Source: Clostridiaceae bacterium
Lineage (GTDB): Bacteria > Bacillota > Clostridia > Saccharofermentanales > DTU023
Direction of reading: 5' to 3'
NCBI GenBank assembly: GCA_012521015.1
Contig: JAAYNE010000093.1
Span: 1,420 to 65,419 of the forward strand
DNA length: 64,000 bases
How positions within the stretch are numbered: the first letter of the stretch is position 1; the number at the start of each line of letters is the position of its first letter. Positions 7,507 to 16,726 of the stretch are shown here, in pieces. The translations under genes and the position numbers were made by a program. The notes below the pieces were generated by a model. That model worked only from the letters and a program-made list of their open reading frames with translations. It ran no database searches and was not told the origin of the DNA.

Positions 7507-9513
7507 TTAGTTCCTTGCACCGGACAGAGCATACTCGCTATTCAGCTTTTTGTTAGTGTTTCTAATAAGACCAATCACAATGGCAGCCATAGCAACTATC
7601 ACAACAAAACCGCCAATTGCAGCGCCAATGTGAAGAGCCCCGCCGGTGACAATTGTACCGATGGTATAAACGAAATATGCTACAGCATAGCCGGTACCAA
7701 GCTGGAGTGCAACACCACCCCAAAACCATTTAGCACTTCTCATCTCGGAGTTCATGGCACCCATAGCGGCAAAACAAGGAGGAGTATACAAATTAAACAT
7801 CAGATAAGCGAGAGCTGCAACCTTTGTAATTGCCATAATACCTGCAACCTCCATGCCGGCGCCTTCCATAAGGGCAAACTCTTCGGTATCAATCAGGTTC
7901 TCAAGTCCAACAAAGGTAACTGCAAGAGTGCCTACAACGTTCTCTTTTGCGATAAGACCGGTAACAGCTGCTGCGGCAAGCTGCCAAGACATAACGCCAA
8001 CAATCGGAAATAGCAGGTATGCAAAGGGTGATGCGATGGAAGCAAGGATAGATTGATCTGCGGACTCAACAACTCGGAAACTCCATGAGAAAGTTTGCAT
8101 CAGCTGCACTGCCAGGTTGCAAAGCAAGATAATCGTAGTAGCATTAACGATAAAAGCCCAGCCACGCATACACATGGATTTGAAAGCGCCCCAAAGGGAA
8201 GGGACCTTGTATTCAGGGAGTTCTATGATAAAGAAAGATTTTCTTGCTTTATAGCCTACAATCTTGTTCACCAGAAGTGCGCCGAGGAAAATCAGCAGAA
8301 TACCGGTAAAGTACATCAAGGTACTCACCCAGCCTGCATCATCGAAGAATGCTCCGGCAAAGAGAGCAATAACAGGAATCTTCGCACCACAAGGAACAAA
8401 TGGAGCAAGCATAGCGGTCATTCGTCTTTCGCGTTCGTTACGGATGGTACGGCTTGCCATAATCCCGGGAATTGCACAACCGATGCTGATGACGAAAGGA
8501 ATTACTGACTTGCCGGATAAACCAACCCTTTTGAAGATGGGATCAAGTACAACGGCAACACGGGACATGTACCCACATTCCTCCAATAAAGCAATCAGGA
8601 AATACATAACCATAATAAGAGGCAGGAAACCGACAACGGCAATTACACCGCCAATGATGCCGTCAACAAGAATAGTCGAAAGAAGCGGGCTTGCATCCGC
8701 AAGAAGATCGCCTACCCATTCTTGGAATGTTTCCAGCCAGCCCACAAGTAAATCGGCGACAGGAGTACCTACCCAAACCTGCGATATTTGAAATACCAGA
8801 AACATTACAACTGCAAAGATTGGAATGCCGAGCCACTTATTTGCAAGTACAGCATCGATCTTATCACTTAAGTTCTTTTCCCTGGTTAGAACCTTACGGG
8901 TCTCAACGGCGTTTACAATATTATTGACAAATTCGAAACGCTTACGGTCAGCAGCTTCAATTATATCTTTATCAGTCAAATCGATATCGCCTTGCACATA
9001 AGGAGCCTTCTGAACATTGCTTACATGTGTAAGAGCCGCTTCAACAACAGTATCAAGACCTGTGCCGGAAGTAGCAACCGTGTTAATAACAGGACAGCCA
9101 AGCTTCGCCGACAAGGCTTCCACGTCAATTTTCGTACCTTTTTTTTCATTAAGATCGCTCTTATTCAAAGCAACAACAACAGGAATTTCCAGCTCTAAAA
9201 GCTGGGTAGTGAAAAAAAGGCTGCGACTGAGATTGGTAGCATCTACAATGTTGATAATAACATCAGGATTTTCTTTCTTTACATAGGAACTGGTAATGCT
9301 CTCTTCACTGGTGAAAGGAGACATAGAGTATGCACCGGGAAGATCAACAGCAAAAACTGACTGCTCACTCTTTGCATACATTTTCTTAATAGGGTGTTCT
9401 TTCTTATCTAAAGTCACTCCTGCCCAGTTACCTACTTTTTCACTGCGACCGGTTAAAGCATTATACATTGTGGTCTTGCCTGAATTCGGATTACCTGTCA
9501 AAGCAATTCTCAT
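7507..9513 (-). CDS. feoB: Ferrous iron transporter FeoB
   Basis: 668 aa; N-terminal G domain (GNPNSGKTT, DLPGAYS, NKSD) plus polytopic gate domains. Confidence 0.95.
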   Translation of the reverse strand: MRIALTGNPNSGKTTMYNALTGRSEKVGNWAGVTLDKKEHPIKKMYAKSEQSVFAVDLPGAYSMSPFTSEESITSSYVKKENPDVIINIVDATNLSRSLFFTTQLLELEIPVVVALNKSDLNEKKGTKIDVEALSAKLGCPVINTVATSGTGLDTVVEAALTHVSNVQKAPYVQGDIDLTDKDIIEAADRKRFEFVNNIVNAVETRKVLTREKNLSDKIDAVLANKWLGIPIFAVVMFLVFQISQVWVGTPVADLLVGWLETFQEWVGDLLADASPLLSTILVDGIIGGVIAVVGFLPLIMVMYFLIALLEECGYMSRVAVVLDPIFKRVGLSGKSVIPFVISIGCAIPGIMASRTIRNERERRMTAMLAPFVPCGAKIPVIALFAGAFFDDAGWVSTLMYFTGILLIFLGALLVNKIVGYKARKSFFIIELPEYKVPSLWGAFKSMCMRGWAFIVNATTIILLCNLAVQLMQTFSWSFRVVESADQSILASIASPFAYLLFPIVGVMSWQLAAAAVTGLIAKENVVGTLAVTFVGLENLIDTEEFALMEGAGMEVAGIMAITKVAALAYLMFNLYTPPCFAAMGAMNSEMRSAKWFWGGVALQLGTGYAVAYFVYTIGTIVTGGALHIGAAIGGFVVIVAMAAIVIGLIRNTNKKLNSEYALSGARN

Positions 9514-9576
9514 GGATTTCCTCCTTATTTCTTATCCTTAAAACATTATTCCTTGTAATTAAAATTTTATATTCCT

Positions 9577-9594
9577 AGTTAGCATTCACTAACC
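9577..9594. promoter_or_regulatory. Candidate metalloregulator operator (site 3, feoA-feoB intergenic)
   Basis: AGTTAG-CATTCA-CTAACC, 64 nt upstream of the feoB start. Confidence 0.5.
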
Positions 9595-9634
9595 TTAGCT
9601 GAAAAAAAAAGCTCCTTGATCATTTTCTTACCAT

Positions 9635-9859
9635 TTAGATTTGAATGGCTTCGGCTAACTGGTTGTCAATATTATAACGGGCATCCTTAATGGAAACCGT
9701 ACAACCACCTTTGCGATGAGCAACAACTGTAATTGCTTCACCGATGTAGCATCCAAGAGAAAACAGAAACGCATTTAACTCTTCGTCATCAGTATTAATC
9801 TGGCGGATAGTGTATTCTCTACCTTCAATAGCACTTTTTAACGTCATAAATGGCCCCAA
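9635..9859 (-). CDS. feoA: FeoA family iron transport protein
   Basis: 74-aa SH3-like FeoA pattern (…REYTIRQINTDDEELNAFLFSLGCYIGEAITVV…). True start may be the second ATG at 9847. Confidence 0.85.
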   Translation of the reverse strand: MGPFMTLKSAIEGREYTIRQINTDDEELNAFLFSLGCYIGEAITVVAHRKGGCTVSIKDARYNIDNQLAEAIQI

Positions 9860-9930
9860 AAGTATTCTTTAGTATTTTCAACATATAAAAGGCATTCATT
9901 TAATAACAACCAGCTTATATGATAAAAAAT

Positions 9931-9948
9931 AGTTAGACACTACTAACT
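9931..9948. promoter_or_regulatory. Candidate metalloregulator operator (site 4, perfect palindrome)
   Basis: AGTTAG-ACACTA-CTAACT, beginning 7 nt downstream of the putative feoA -10. Confidence 0.55.
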
Positions 9949-9954
9949 GTAGAA

Positions 9955-9983
9955 ATAGTATTCCATATTCTCGCATTTGTCAA
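9955..9983 (-). promoter_or_regulatory. Putative sigma-A promoter of feoA
   Basis: Minus strand TTGACA (9983..9978), 17-nt spacer, TACTAT (9960..9955). Confidence 0.5.
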
Positions 9984-10074
9984 CAGCGCGAATCAAATCA
10001 AAAAATGCACCTGAAAATAAATACGTTGAATCAAAATAAATGTTCCTGAAAAATACCTCTCAGGAGGTTAGAAA

Positions 10075-10394
10075 ATGGGGAACATTTCAATGAAAGCAAG
10101 CAAAGAAGTTATTTTAACCAAAAAGTCTTAAATGGATCCTACCAATACGAAAATTGCCAAAATAAAAAGTCCGCCAGAGGAAGAAAAGCAAAATATCATA
10201 TCGAACATACCAAAATATTAGCTGTGGTATGGCAACTCTTAGATTATCCTTGTGCCAACAGGTTAAAGGGCTTCCTGAAAGATGCCTTGGATAATCTTAT
10301 TACCCATAGTTACATCACTATTTCTAAATCACTATATCGAGACTTAATGTCCATTTCTTCAACAACTATCAATCGTTTGTTGAAGAATGTTTGA
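10075..10394 (+). pseudogene. N-terminal remnant of an rve (DDE integrase-type) transposase, frameshifted and truncated
   Basis: AGGAGG RBS + ATG at 10075 gives MGNISMKASKEVILTKKS*. The shifted frame 10173-10394 reads ARGRKAKYH…VVWQLLDYPCANRLKGFLKDAL…LMSISSTTINRLLKNV*. This matches the N-terminal HTH region I recall for this transposase class (…LDxxCGKRL…ISxATIDRLL). The catalytic domain is absent. Confidence 0.55.
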
Positions 10395-10461
10395 GTTACT
10401 TAACATCAAAACTAATAATGCGTTATAATCTATCTATATGATTTTTAATCGGGAGTCTGCC

Positions 10462-12567
10462 ATGAATGATACAGTTGTCAATTCGAAAAAATTGGGCTAT
10501 TTCCGAGTAGCAGGTGCTACTCCGGAAATAAAAGTTGCCGATGTTGATTTTAATTTAAAAGAACATCTGCAATTAATTAGATTGGCTGAGCAAGAGCAAA
10601 TTGATTTGCTGGTTTTCCCCGATCTTTCTCTAACCGGAGTTACCTGCCAAGATTTGTTCAGACAAAATATTCTGCTGGAAAAGACTAAATCAGCTTTAGG
10701 AAAAATTAAAGTCGCTCTAGTTGAATCTAATGAATCTAATTTGAATATTATTATAACCATTCCGGAAAAACTAAACGGCAAGTTGGTTAAAGTTTTACAT
10801 TTTTTGAATCGTAATACTACAATAAAAATTCTGGTGCCCGTTGAGAAATCTGCTAGTTTGAGTAAATATTTTGCTGCTCAAGACGAATTGATCACTGAAC
10901 CGACTGGTGAATATTTTTTGATGAAATCAGAGAGTGTGCTCTTCTTGAAGAACAATATTTCTGACATAAATTTCAGTTTAGGGATTTATCAAAGCATTGC
11001 TGATTTATATAAAAATTACTCAAATAAAGCTTTTGCACCAAATATAAATGTTGTCATGTCGTCTGCTCCTGAGTTGATAGAAAATCAAACCGGAACTGAA
11101 AAATATCTCCGTGCTTTTGCGCAATTATCACAAACAGGATTGATTTATTTAAGTCCCGGCCATGGCGAATCCACGACTGACTATATATATTCCGGGCGAG
11201 GCTATATTTTTGAACAAGATAGCCTTCTGGCAGCAACGACTCTTTATGAACCGGATTTAATAATTGGTGATATTGATTTACAAATTGTGGCAAATTCAGA
11301 TTTTTTAACAAGCCGAACTGTAAATCATTGTGATAAAACTCCAACCAATTTAACTTATACAAAATCTCCAACCTGCTTAACGGCCGATCCGATTATTTGT
11401 CTGGAACTAAATGCAACAACCAAGCCGGTTAGACCATTAACATCAAATCAAAACTCCAAGCCTGGTAAAAATGCTTTGCGTTACGGATCAACCGCCAAAT
11501 TGGAAAAGAATACCGAGCTTTATCGTAAATTTTCCGAGAATCCGTTTTTACCTGAAGATAGTAAACTGCATAAAGCATATTTCGATTCGATTTTAAATAT
11601 GGCAGCCCAAGGTCTGCGCAAAAGACTTGAACATATTAATAATCCACAGGTTATTTTGGGTCTGTCAGGCGGACTGGATAGCACGCTTGCATTATTAATT
11701 GCAGTCCGTACCCAAAAAATTCTCAAAAAAAGCAATCAAAATATTCTATGTGTCAGTATGCCGGGATTTGGTACAACTGACAGAACCTATAACAATACAA
11801 AAGATTTAGCAGATGTCTGTAATACGAGCTATTTAGAAATTCCGATTAACACTGCCGTAGAACAGCATTTCAAAGATATCAATCACGATCCTAATCTACA
11901 TGATATTACTTTTGAAAATGCTCAAGCTCGAGAAAGAACTCAAATTTTGATGGATTTGGCAAACAAAAGAGGCGGTATTGTTCTGGGAACCGGCGATCTA
12001 TCGGAATCCGCTCTGGGTTTTGTCACCTACGCCGGCGATCATATGTCCATGTACCATATAAATGGAGGAATTCCGAAAACCTTAATCCGTCATTTAATAG
12101 AGTACGAAGCGAAAAAATTTATGGCAGAAAATATCCATTTAAAACAAGAGCAACAAACAAAACAAGGTAAAAATTTTGCTAAAATTCTATTTGATATTTT
12201 GGCAACTCCGGTCAGTCCGGAACTTTTACCGCCTGAACAAGGCAAAATCGCTCAACAAACCGAGTATCTTATTGGACCATATGAATTACATGATTTATTC
12301 CTTTATTATTTCATGCGTTATCAATTTGCTCCACGCAAAATTCTTTTTATCACCGAACAAACTTTTGGTAACAAATATGATCGAGCTACTATCATCAAAT
12401 GGCTTAAACTTTTTTATAAACGCTTCTTTGCAAATCAATTCAAACGTTCTGCTGCGCCGGACGGGCCGATTATCAGTCAAATTGCGCTATCTCCTCGACA
12501 AGGCTTTATCATGCCGAGCGATGCCGTCGTCAAATTATGGATCGAAGATTTAGAAAGACAGAATTAA
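10462..12567 (+). CDS. nadE: NAD+ synthetase (long NadE form with N-terminal CN-hydrolase-like domain)
   Basis: C-terminal PP-loop GLSGGLDS and synthetase domain; N-terminal domain aligns to the glutaminase (CN hydrolase) domain. Start taken at the ATG at 10462 after a GGGAG RBS. Confidence 0.85.
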   Translation: MNDTVVNSKKLGYFRVAGATPEIKVADVDFNLKEHLQLIRLAEQEQIDLLVFPDLSLTGVTCQDLFRQNILLEKTKSALGKIKVALVESNESNLNIIITIPEKLNGKLVKVLHFLNRNTTIKILVPVEKSASLSKYFAAQDELITEPTGEYFLMKSESVLFLKNNISDINFSLGIYQSIADLYKNYSNKAFAPNINVVMSSAPELIENQTGTEKYLRAFAQLSQTGLIYLSPGHGESTTDYIYSGRGYIFEQDSLLAATTLYEPDLIIGDIDLQIVANSDFLTSRTVNHCDKTPTNLTYTKSPTCLTADPIICLELNATTKPVRPLTSNQNSKPGKNALRYGSTAKLEKNTELYRKFSENPFLPEDSKLHKAYFDSILNMAAQGLRKRLEHINNPQVILGLSGGLDSTLALLIAVRTQKILKKSNQNILCVSMPGFGTTDRTYNNTKDLADVCNTSYLEIPINTAVEQHFKDINHDPNLHDITFENAQARERTQILMDLANKRGGIVLGTGDLSESALGFVTYAGDHMSMYHINGGIPKTLIRHLIEYEAKKFMAENIHLKQEQQTKQGKNFAKILFDILATPVSPELLPPEQGKIAQQTEYLIGPYELHDLFLYYFMRYQFAPRKILFITEQTFGNKYDRATIIKWLKLFYKRFFANQFKRSAAPDGPIISQIALSPRQGFIMPSDAVVKLWIEDLERQN

Positions 12568-12568
12568 A

Positions 12569-13447
12569 ATGCCCGAATTGCCTGAAGTAGAAACAATACG
12601 CAGAACTCTGATTGAAAAGATTCAAAATCAAACTATCGAAGAAATCATTTGCTATCACCCGGATGTACTTGTTAATCCCGATGATATCTCTTTAAAAAAT
12701 TGGTTAATCAAAGACATCAGGCGACGCGGAAAATATCTGTTGTTTGACTTAGAGAAAGCAAAACTTAATATTTCCGAAAATAATAGTTCTGAAAATAATC
12801 TGAATCATGTAGCCAAAGATTCCTGTGTTATGATGGTTCACTTAAGAATGACCGGAAAGCTGTTATTAGAAGAAAACATTGTTGAGCCGGCAAAACATAC
12901 TCATGTGCGTTTTGTTTTAAGTAATGGCGGAAGCCTTGATTTCAATGATACTAGACGCTTTGGTAGAATAACCTTATTTGCACCCGGTCACGAATTTAAT
13001 GATCATGGATTTGCAACGCTCGGACCTGAACCTTTAGGTTATGATTTCACTGCCGATCATTTGATAAATACTTGTAAAAGATACAGTAAAAGTACGATCA
13101 AAGGAGTTTTGTTAAATCAGCAAGCGATTGCCGGGATCGGCAATATTTATGCCGATGAGAGTCTATTTCGTGCAGGAATTATGCCCGGGCGTAAAGCCGG
13201 AGACATTCCAAAAACTAAAATTAAACTCCTCCATCAAAAAATCCGCGAAGTGATTGCGGAAGCAATCGGATATCGCGGAACTTCATTTCGTGATTATGTT
13301 GATGGATTAGGCAATAAAGGCTTTTTCCAATTGCAACTTGCCGTTTACCAAAAAGACGGTGAACCTTGTCCTAATTGCGGTACTACAATCGAAAGAATCA
13401 AAGTTGCCGGACGCAGTACTCATTTTTGCCCTCAATGTCAAAAATGA
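12569..13447 (+). CDS. mutM: Formamidopyrimidine-DNA glycosylase
   Basis: MPELPEVET N-terminus, H2TH region, C-terminal zinc finger CPNCG…CPQC. ~25-aa N/S-rich insertion near residue 65. Confidence 0.9.
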   Translation: MPELPEVETIRRTLIEKIQNQTIEEIICYHPDVLVNPDDISLKNWLIKDIRRRGKYLLFDLEKAKLNISENNSSENNLNHVAKDSCVMMVHLRMTGKLLLEENIVEPAKHTHVRFVLSNGGSLDFNDTRRFGRITLFAPGHEFNDHGFATLGPEPLGYDFTADHLINTCKRYSKSTIKGVLLNQQAIAGIGNIYADESLFRAGIMPGRKAGDIPKTKIKLLHQKIREVIAEAIGYRGTSFRDYVDGLGNKGFFQLQLAVYQKDGEPCPNCGTTIERIKVAGRSTHFCPQCQK

Positions 13448-13527
13448 TTACTGTTAATTTCAGTAAATAATTAGATGTTTTGATAAACTACTAATTCTGC
13501 AAAAAGCTCATTAATTTTGCTTGATTA

Positions 13528-13905
13528 TTAGTTTCGGTAAGGTGCAATTTCGATCCAATATCCGTCAGGATCTTCAATGAAATATACACCCATACCTTCG
13601 TTTTCAAAAACGACTACTCCTTGTTCTCTGTGAAAAGCTAAAGCTTTTTCATATTCAGTTGTTCTGAAACAGAGATGAATTTCATTGTCATCTAAATCAT
13701 ATGGCTCCTTACGATCACGCAACCAGGTTATTTCCAACTCAAAAAAATCATTCGAATCAGTATAATAAACCAGAATATAACTTCCATCTTCTGCTTCTTT
13801 TCTCCGGACTTCTTTTAATCCGAGATTTTCACGATAAAATTTATCCGATTTTTCTAAATCCATTGTATTAATATTCATGTGTACCATTTTGAAATCTAAG
13901 TCCAT
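13528..13905 (-). CDS. VOC/glyoxalase-family protein
   Basis: 125 aa with the βαβββ glyoxalase-type pattern (…DLEKSDKFYRENLGL…, …GYWIEI…). Confidence 0.6.
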   Translation of the reverse strand: MDLDFKMVHMNINTMDLEKSDKFYRENLGLKEVRRKEAEDGSYILVYYTDSNDFFELEITWLRDRKEPYDLDDNEIHLCFRTTEYEKALAFHREQGVVVFENEGMGVYFIEDPDGYWIEIAPYRN

Positions 13906-14093
13906 AAGATTACCTCCTGTTTTATCAATTTTCCATTCTCTTTGATCATTTTCAATATTTTAAGCGTTTCTAATTTATTTTAATAGTATTAATTGATTCT
14001 GATTAAATGATTTAGATTAGATTATATTAAAACATATGTTAGAATATAGTTTAAAATTAACCTGAAAACTCTGAAAATCAGAAAGTTTGCTAA

Positions 14094-15728
14094 ATGAAAA
14101 ACAACACTAACCAGAAAAAGAAAAAAAGTAATAAAAGTAATAATAGTATAAACATCTTTATGAAATCTTTTAAATCAAGAGTTGATAAAAGAGCCTATGC
14201 AATTAAAATACCCGGAATGATCAGACTGGGATTTGTTCTCTTATTTATTGTTGCAATTATTTTGATTAATGTCTTAATTGCCAGGTATCTTAATAAATCA
14301 GCCTTCTGGATTTATTCGGGACTCCAGTTCATTAGTTTAATTTTTGTGATTTTTGTAATTCATCAAGACCGTAATTCTTCATATGTCGTTGCTTGGGCGA
14401 TTTTGATTTTAGCGATTCCTGTTGTCGGCTTAAGTATTTATTTGTTATGGGGTAGGCGTTCCAGGTTTAAAAAAGAAAGACTTAAATTTAATAAAATTGA
14501 AAATCGTATTAACCAACTTATTAAGCCTAAGCCTTTATTATTGGATAGTTTAATAGCCGAATATCCTGAAAGTAAGCTATTTGCTAATTTTTTATATAAT
14601 TCAGGATTTCCTGTTTACCAAAATACAGTTTGTAAATACTTTCCTTTAGGCGAAGAAAAATTTGTTCAAATGTTTGAAGATTTGCGCAAGGCAAAAGATT
14701 TTATTTTTATGGAATATTTTATTTTGGCAGATGGAGTAATTTGGCAGGAAGTGGAAGATATTTTAATACAAAAAGCGCATGAAGGCGTCGATGTCCGCTT
14801 ATTATTCGATGATTTTGGGAGCATTATTAAAGCACCCAATGACGTTATCAAAAAACTCCGCTCACATGGAGTAAAAGTTTATAATTTTAATCCGGTTTTA
14901 CGTTATGCTTCAAAACTTTATATCAATTATCGTAATCATCAAAAATGCTGCATCATTGATGGAAATCTTGCTTATACAGGTGGTACCAACTTGGCCGATG
15001 AATATGCAAATTTATATCCCCGTTTCGGACATTGGAGAGACTCGGCAATTCGTCTTAAAGGCGATGCTGTACGAGGCTTGACTACGATGTTTCTCATAAT
15101 GTGGGAATCTGAAAGCAATACACAAGAAGAAGACTATGAGAAATATATGCCTCGTGCGAACATATATCAAGATGCTACAGGTTATTTTATCCCCTATTGG
15201 GACGGTCCGCTAAATAATCCGAATAATCCGGCGGAAGATATTTATCGTTCAATGATCAATAATGCAAAAGAATATCTTTATATTTGTACACCATATTTTA
15301 TTGTTGATAATTCCATGATTTCTGATATTTGTCGGGCGGCAAAATCAGGTGTTGATGTCAGGTTAATCACACCAGGAATTCCGGATAAATGGTACGCACA
15401 CGTTGTAACACAATCGAATTATGCCAAGTTAATGGAATCAGATGTAAAAATCTTTAAATATAGTCCGGGTTTCATCCATGGCAAAACTGTAATCGCCGAT
15501 GATTTTCATGCAATCACCGGGTGTGTAAATTTTGATTTTCGCAGTTTTCATTTGCATTTTGAAAACTCTGTTTACATTTGCGGTGATCCTGTGCTTAAAG
15601 ATATTTATAATGACTTTCTTGATATTTTTGGGGATTGCGAACTAATGGATTTGGAAACTTGGCAACAACGTCCTCTGCGACAAAAAGCTATCGAATCTTT
15701 TATGCGTATATTCTCTACTCTGCTCTAA
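14094..15728 (+). CDS. cls: Cardiolipin synthase
   Basis: 544 aa; N-terminal TM helices; two PLD HKD motifs (HQKCCIIDGNLAYTGGTN and HGKTVIADDFHAITGCVN). Confidence 0.9.
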   Translation: MKNNTNQKKKKSNKSNNSINIFMKSFKSRVDKRAYAIKIPGMIRLGFVLLFIVAIILINVLIARYLNKSAFWIYSGLQFISLIFVIFVIHQDRNSSYVVAWAILILAIPVVGLSIYLLWGRRSRFKKERLKFNKIENRINQLIKPKPLLLDSLIAEYPESKLFANFLYNSGFPVYQNTVCKYFPLGEEKFVQMFEDLRKAKDFIFMEYFILADGVIWQEVEDILIQKAHEGVDVRLLFDDFGSIIKAPNDVIKKLRSHGVKVYNFNPVLRYASKLYINYRNHQKCCIIDGNLAYTGGTNLADEYANLYPRFGHWRDSAIRLKGDAVRGLTTMFLIMWESESNTQEEDYEKYMPRANIYQDATGYFIPYWDGPLNNPNNPAEDIYRSMINNAKEYLYICTPYFIVDNSMISDICRAAKSGVDVRLITPGIPDKWYAHVVTQSNYAKLMESDVKIFKYSPGFIHGKTVIADDFHAITGCVNFDFRSFHLHFENSVYICGDPVLKDIYNDFLDIFGDCELMDLETWQQRPLRQKAIESFMRIFSTLL

Positions 15729-15753
15729 CTTTAGCTGAAAGGATCTTTTTATT

Positions 15754-16437
15754 TTGACAGATCAAACAATTCGAACTAATAAACCAATTTTCAATACGCC
15801 TTTTGGACTGATTATTTATCTCTCGGGAAAAGAAAAATTAAATAAAAAAGATCGTTTTTTAAGTTTCTTAAATTTGGAAGAAATACCTTTTTATCTGATC
15901 AAGGTTGAAGATTTTCCACTAACAATTTCTCACATTTTAAATAGCTTACAGGCAAGAAGGATTGAGCAAAGTTCTTTATTGGAAGATTATCAAAACAGAA
16001 ACCCAAAAATAGATAATGTTTTATTCTTTTCCGGTTTTTCACGTGAGCAAGTCGAAGATTTTTTAGAAAAAATTCGAGATGACAAATATCCAAGATTTCC
16101 TCTAAAAGCAGTTGCTACAAAAAATAATTATAACTTTACCTTTTACAAATTAATTGACGAACTCACTCAAGACAGAGTCGTTATCTCTCATGTTATTAAT
16201 TTAAGGAAACGAGTCAAAGCTCTGGCTAAATATTTGGCCGATAATAATACTCTCAAATCTCAACAAAAAATATCATTACAAAAAGATATTGATCAAGCTG
16301 AGAGTTTATTAAAAGATGTCGAAACAAATTTTGACTTAGAGTTATTCCGATCCCAGATCCGGAAATTCAACCATCTTTTAGCAAAATTAAAGCATGGACA
16401 TCAAGCAGAAAAACCTCAACTAGACGAAACCAATTAA
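15754..16437 (+). CDS. DUF3783-like protein with C-terminal coiled-coil extension
   Basis: 227 aa; VLFFSGFSREQVEDFLEKIR…PLKAVATKNNYNFTFYKLIDEL resembles the DUF3783 core as I recall it. Last ~90 aa are heptad-like K/L/Q-rich. Confidence 0.4.
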   Translation: MTDQTIRTNKPIFNTPFGLIIYLSGKEKLNKKDRFLSFLNLEEIPFYLIKVEDFPLTISHILNSLQARRIEQSSLLEDYQNRNPKIDNVLFFSGFSREQVEDFLEKIRDDKYPRFPLKAVATKNNYNFTFYKLIDELTQDRVVISHVINLRKRVKALAKYLADNNTLKSQQKISLQKDIDQAESLLKDVETNFDLELFRSQIRKFNHLLAKLKHGHQAEKPQLDETN

Positions 16438-16508
16438 GTATGACTAAGATTTATCTATTAAATATTTTTATAATATTATTAAAAACTATATTGATAAAAC
16501 TTTAATAG

Positions 16509-16611
16509 TTGTTAACATTGTTTATAGACTTATTAACATTTTTAGTGTGGTTTTCGCTTGTATTTATTTGGTTATTATCAAGTTGTTAACACTATTAACA
16601 TTTTATACAAA
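16509..16611 (+). other. oriC part 1: cluster of DnaA-box-like 9-mers upstream of dnaA
   Basis: Same-orientation 9-mers: TTGTTAACA (16509), TTATTAACA (16530), TTATTATCA (16572), TTGTTAACA (16583), CTATTAACA (16592), TTATACAAA (16603). Compare consensus TTATCCACA. Confidence 0.6.
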
Positions 16612-16726
16612 CATTTATAATGTTGAAAAAATGATTTTTAGTGCCTTTTTTCTGTGTTTTTATAACTTTTACCTGAAGTTTTTTTCTGATAATATAATTT
16701 AACAACTAAGAAAAGAGGGAGAGTAT

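Noticed and set aside
7630-9541. Nine + strand ORFs of 67-175 aa (e.g. 8264-8791, 8095-8508) antisense to feoB
   Set aside because: They lie entirely inside a well-supported feoB gene and have Arg/Ser/Thr/Pro-rich, low-information translations with no motifs. They are typical shadow ORFs.
16035-16050. parS-like sequence TTTTTCACGTGAGCAA inside the DUF3783-like gene
   Set aside because: It has four mismatches to TGTTNCACGTGAAACA outside the CACGTG core, so it is too degenerate to call.
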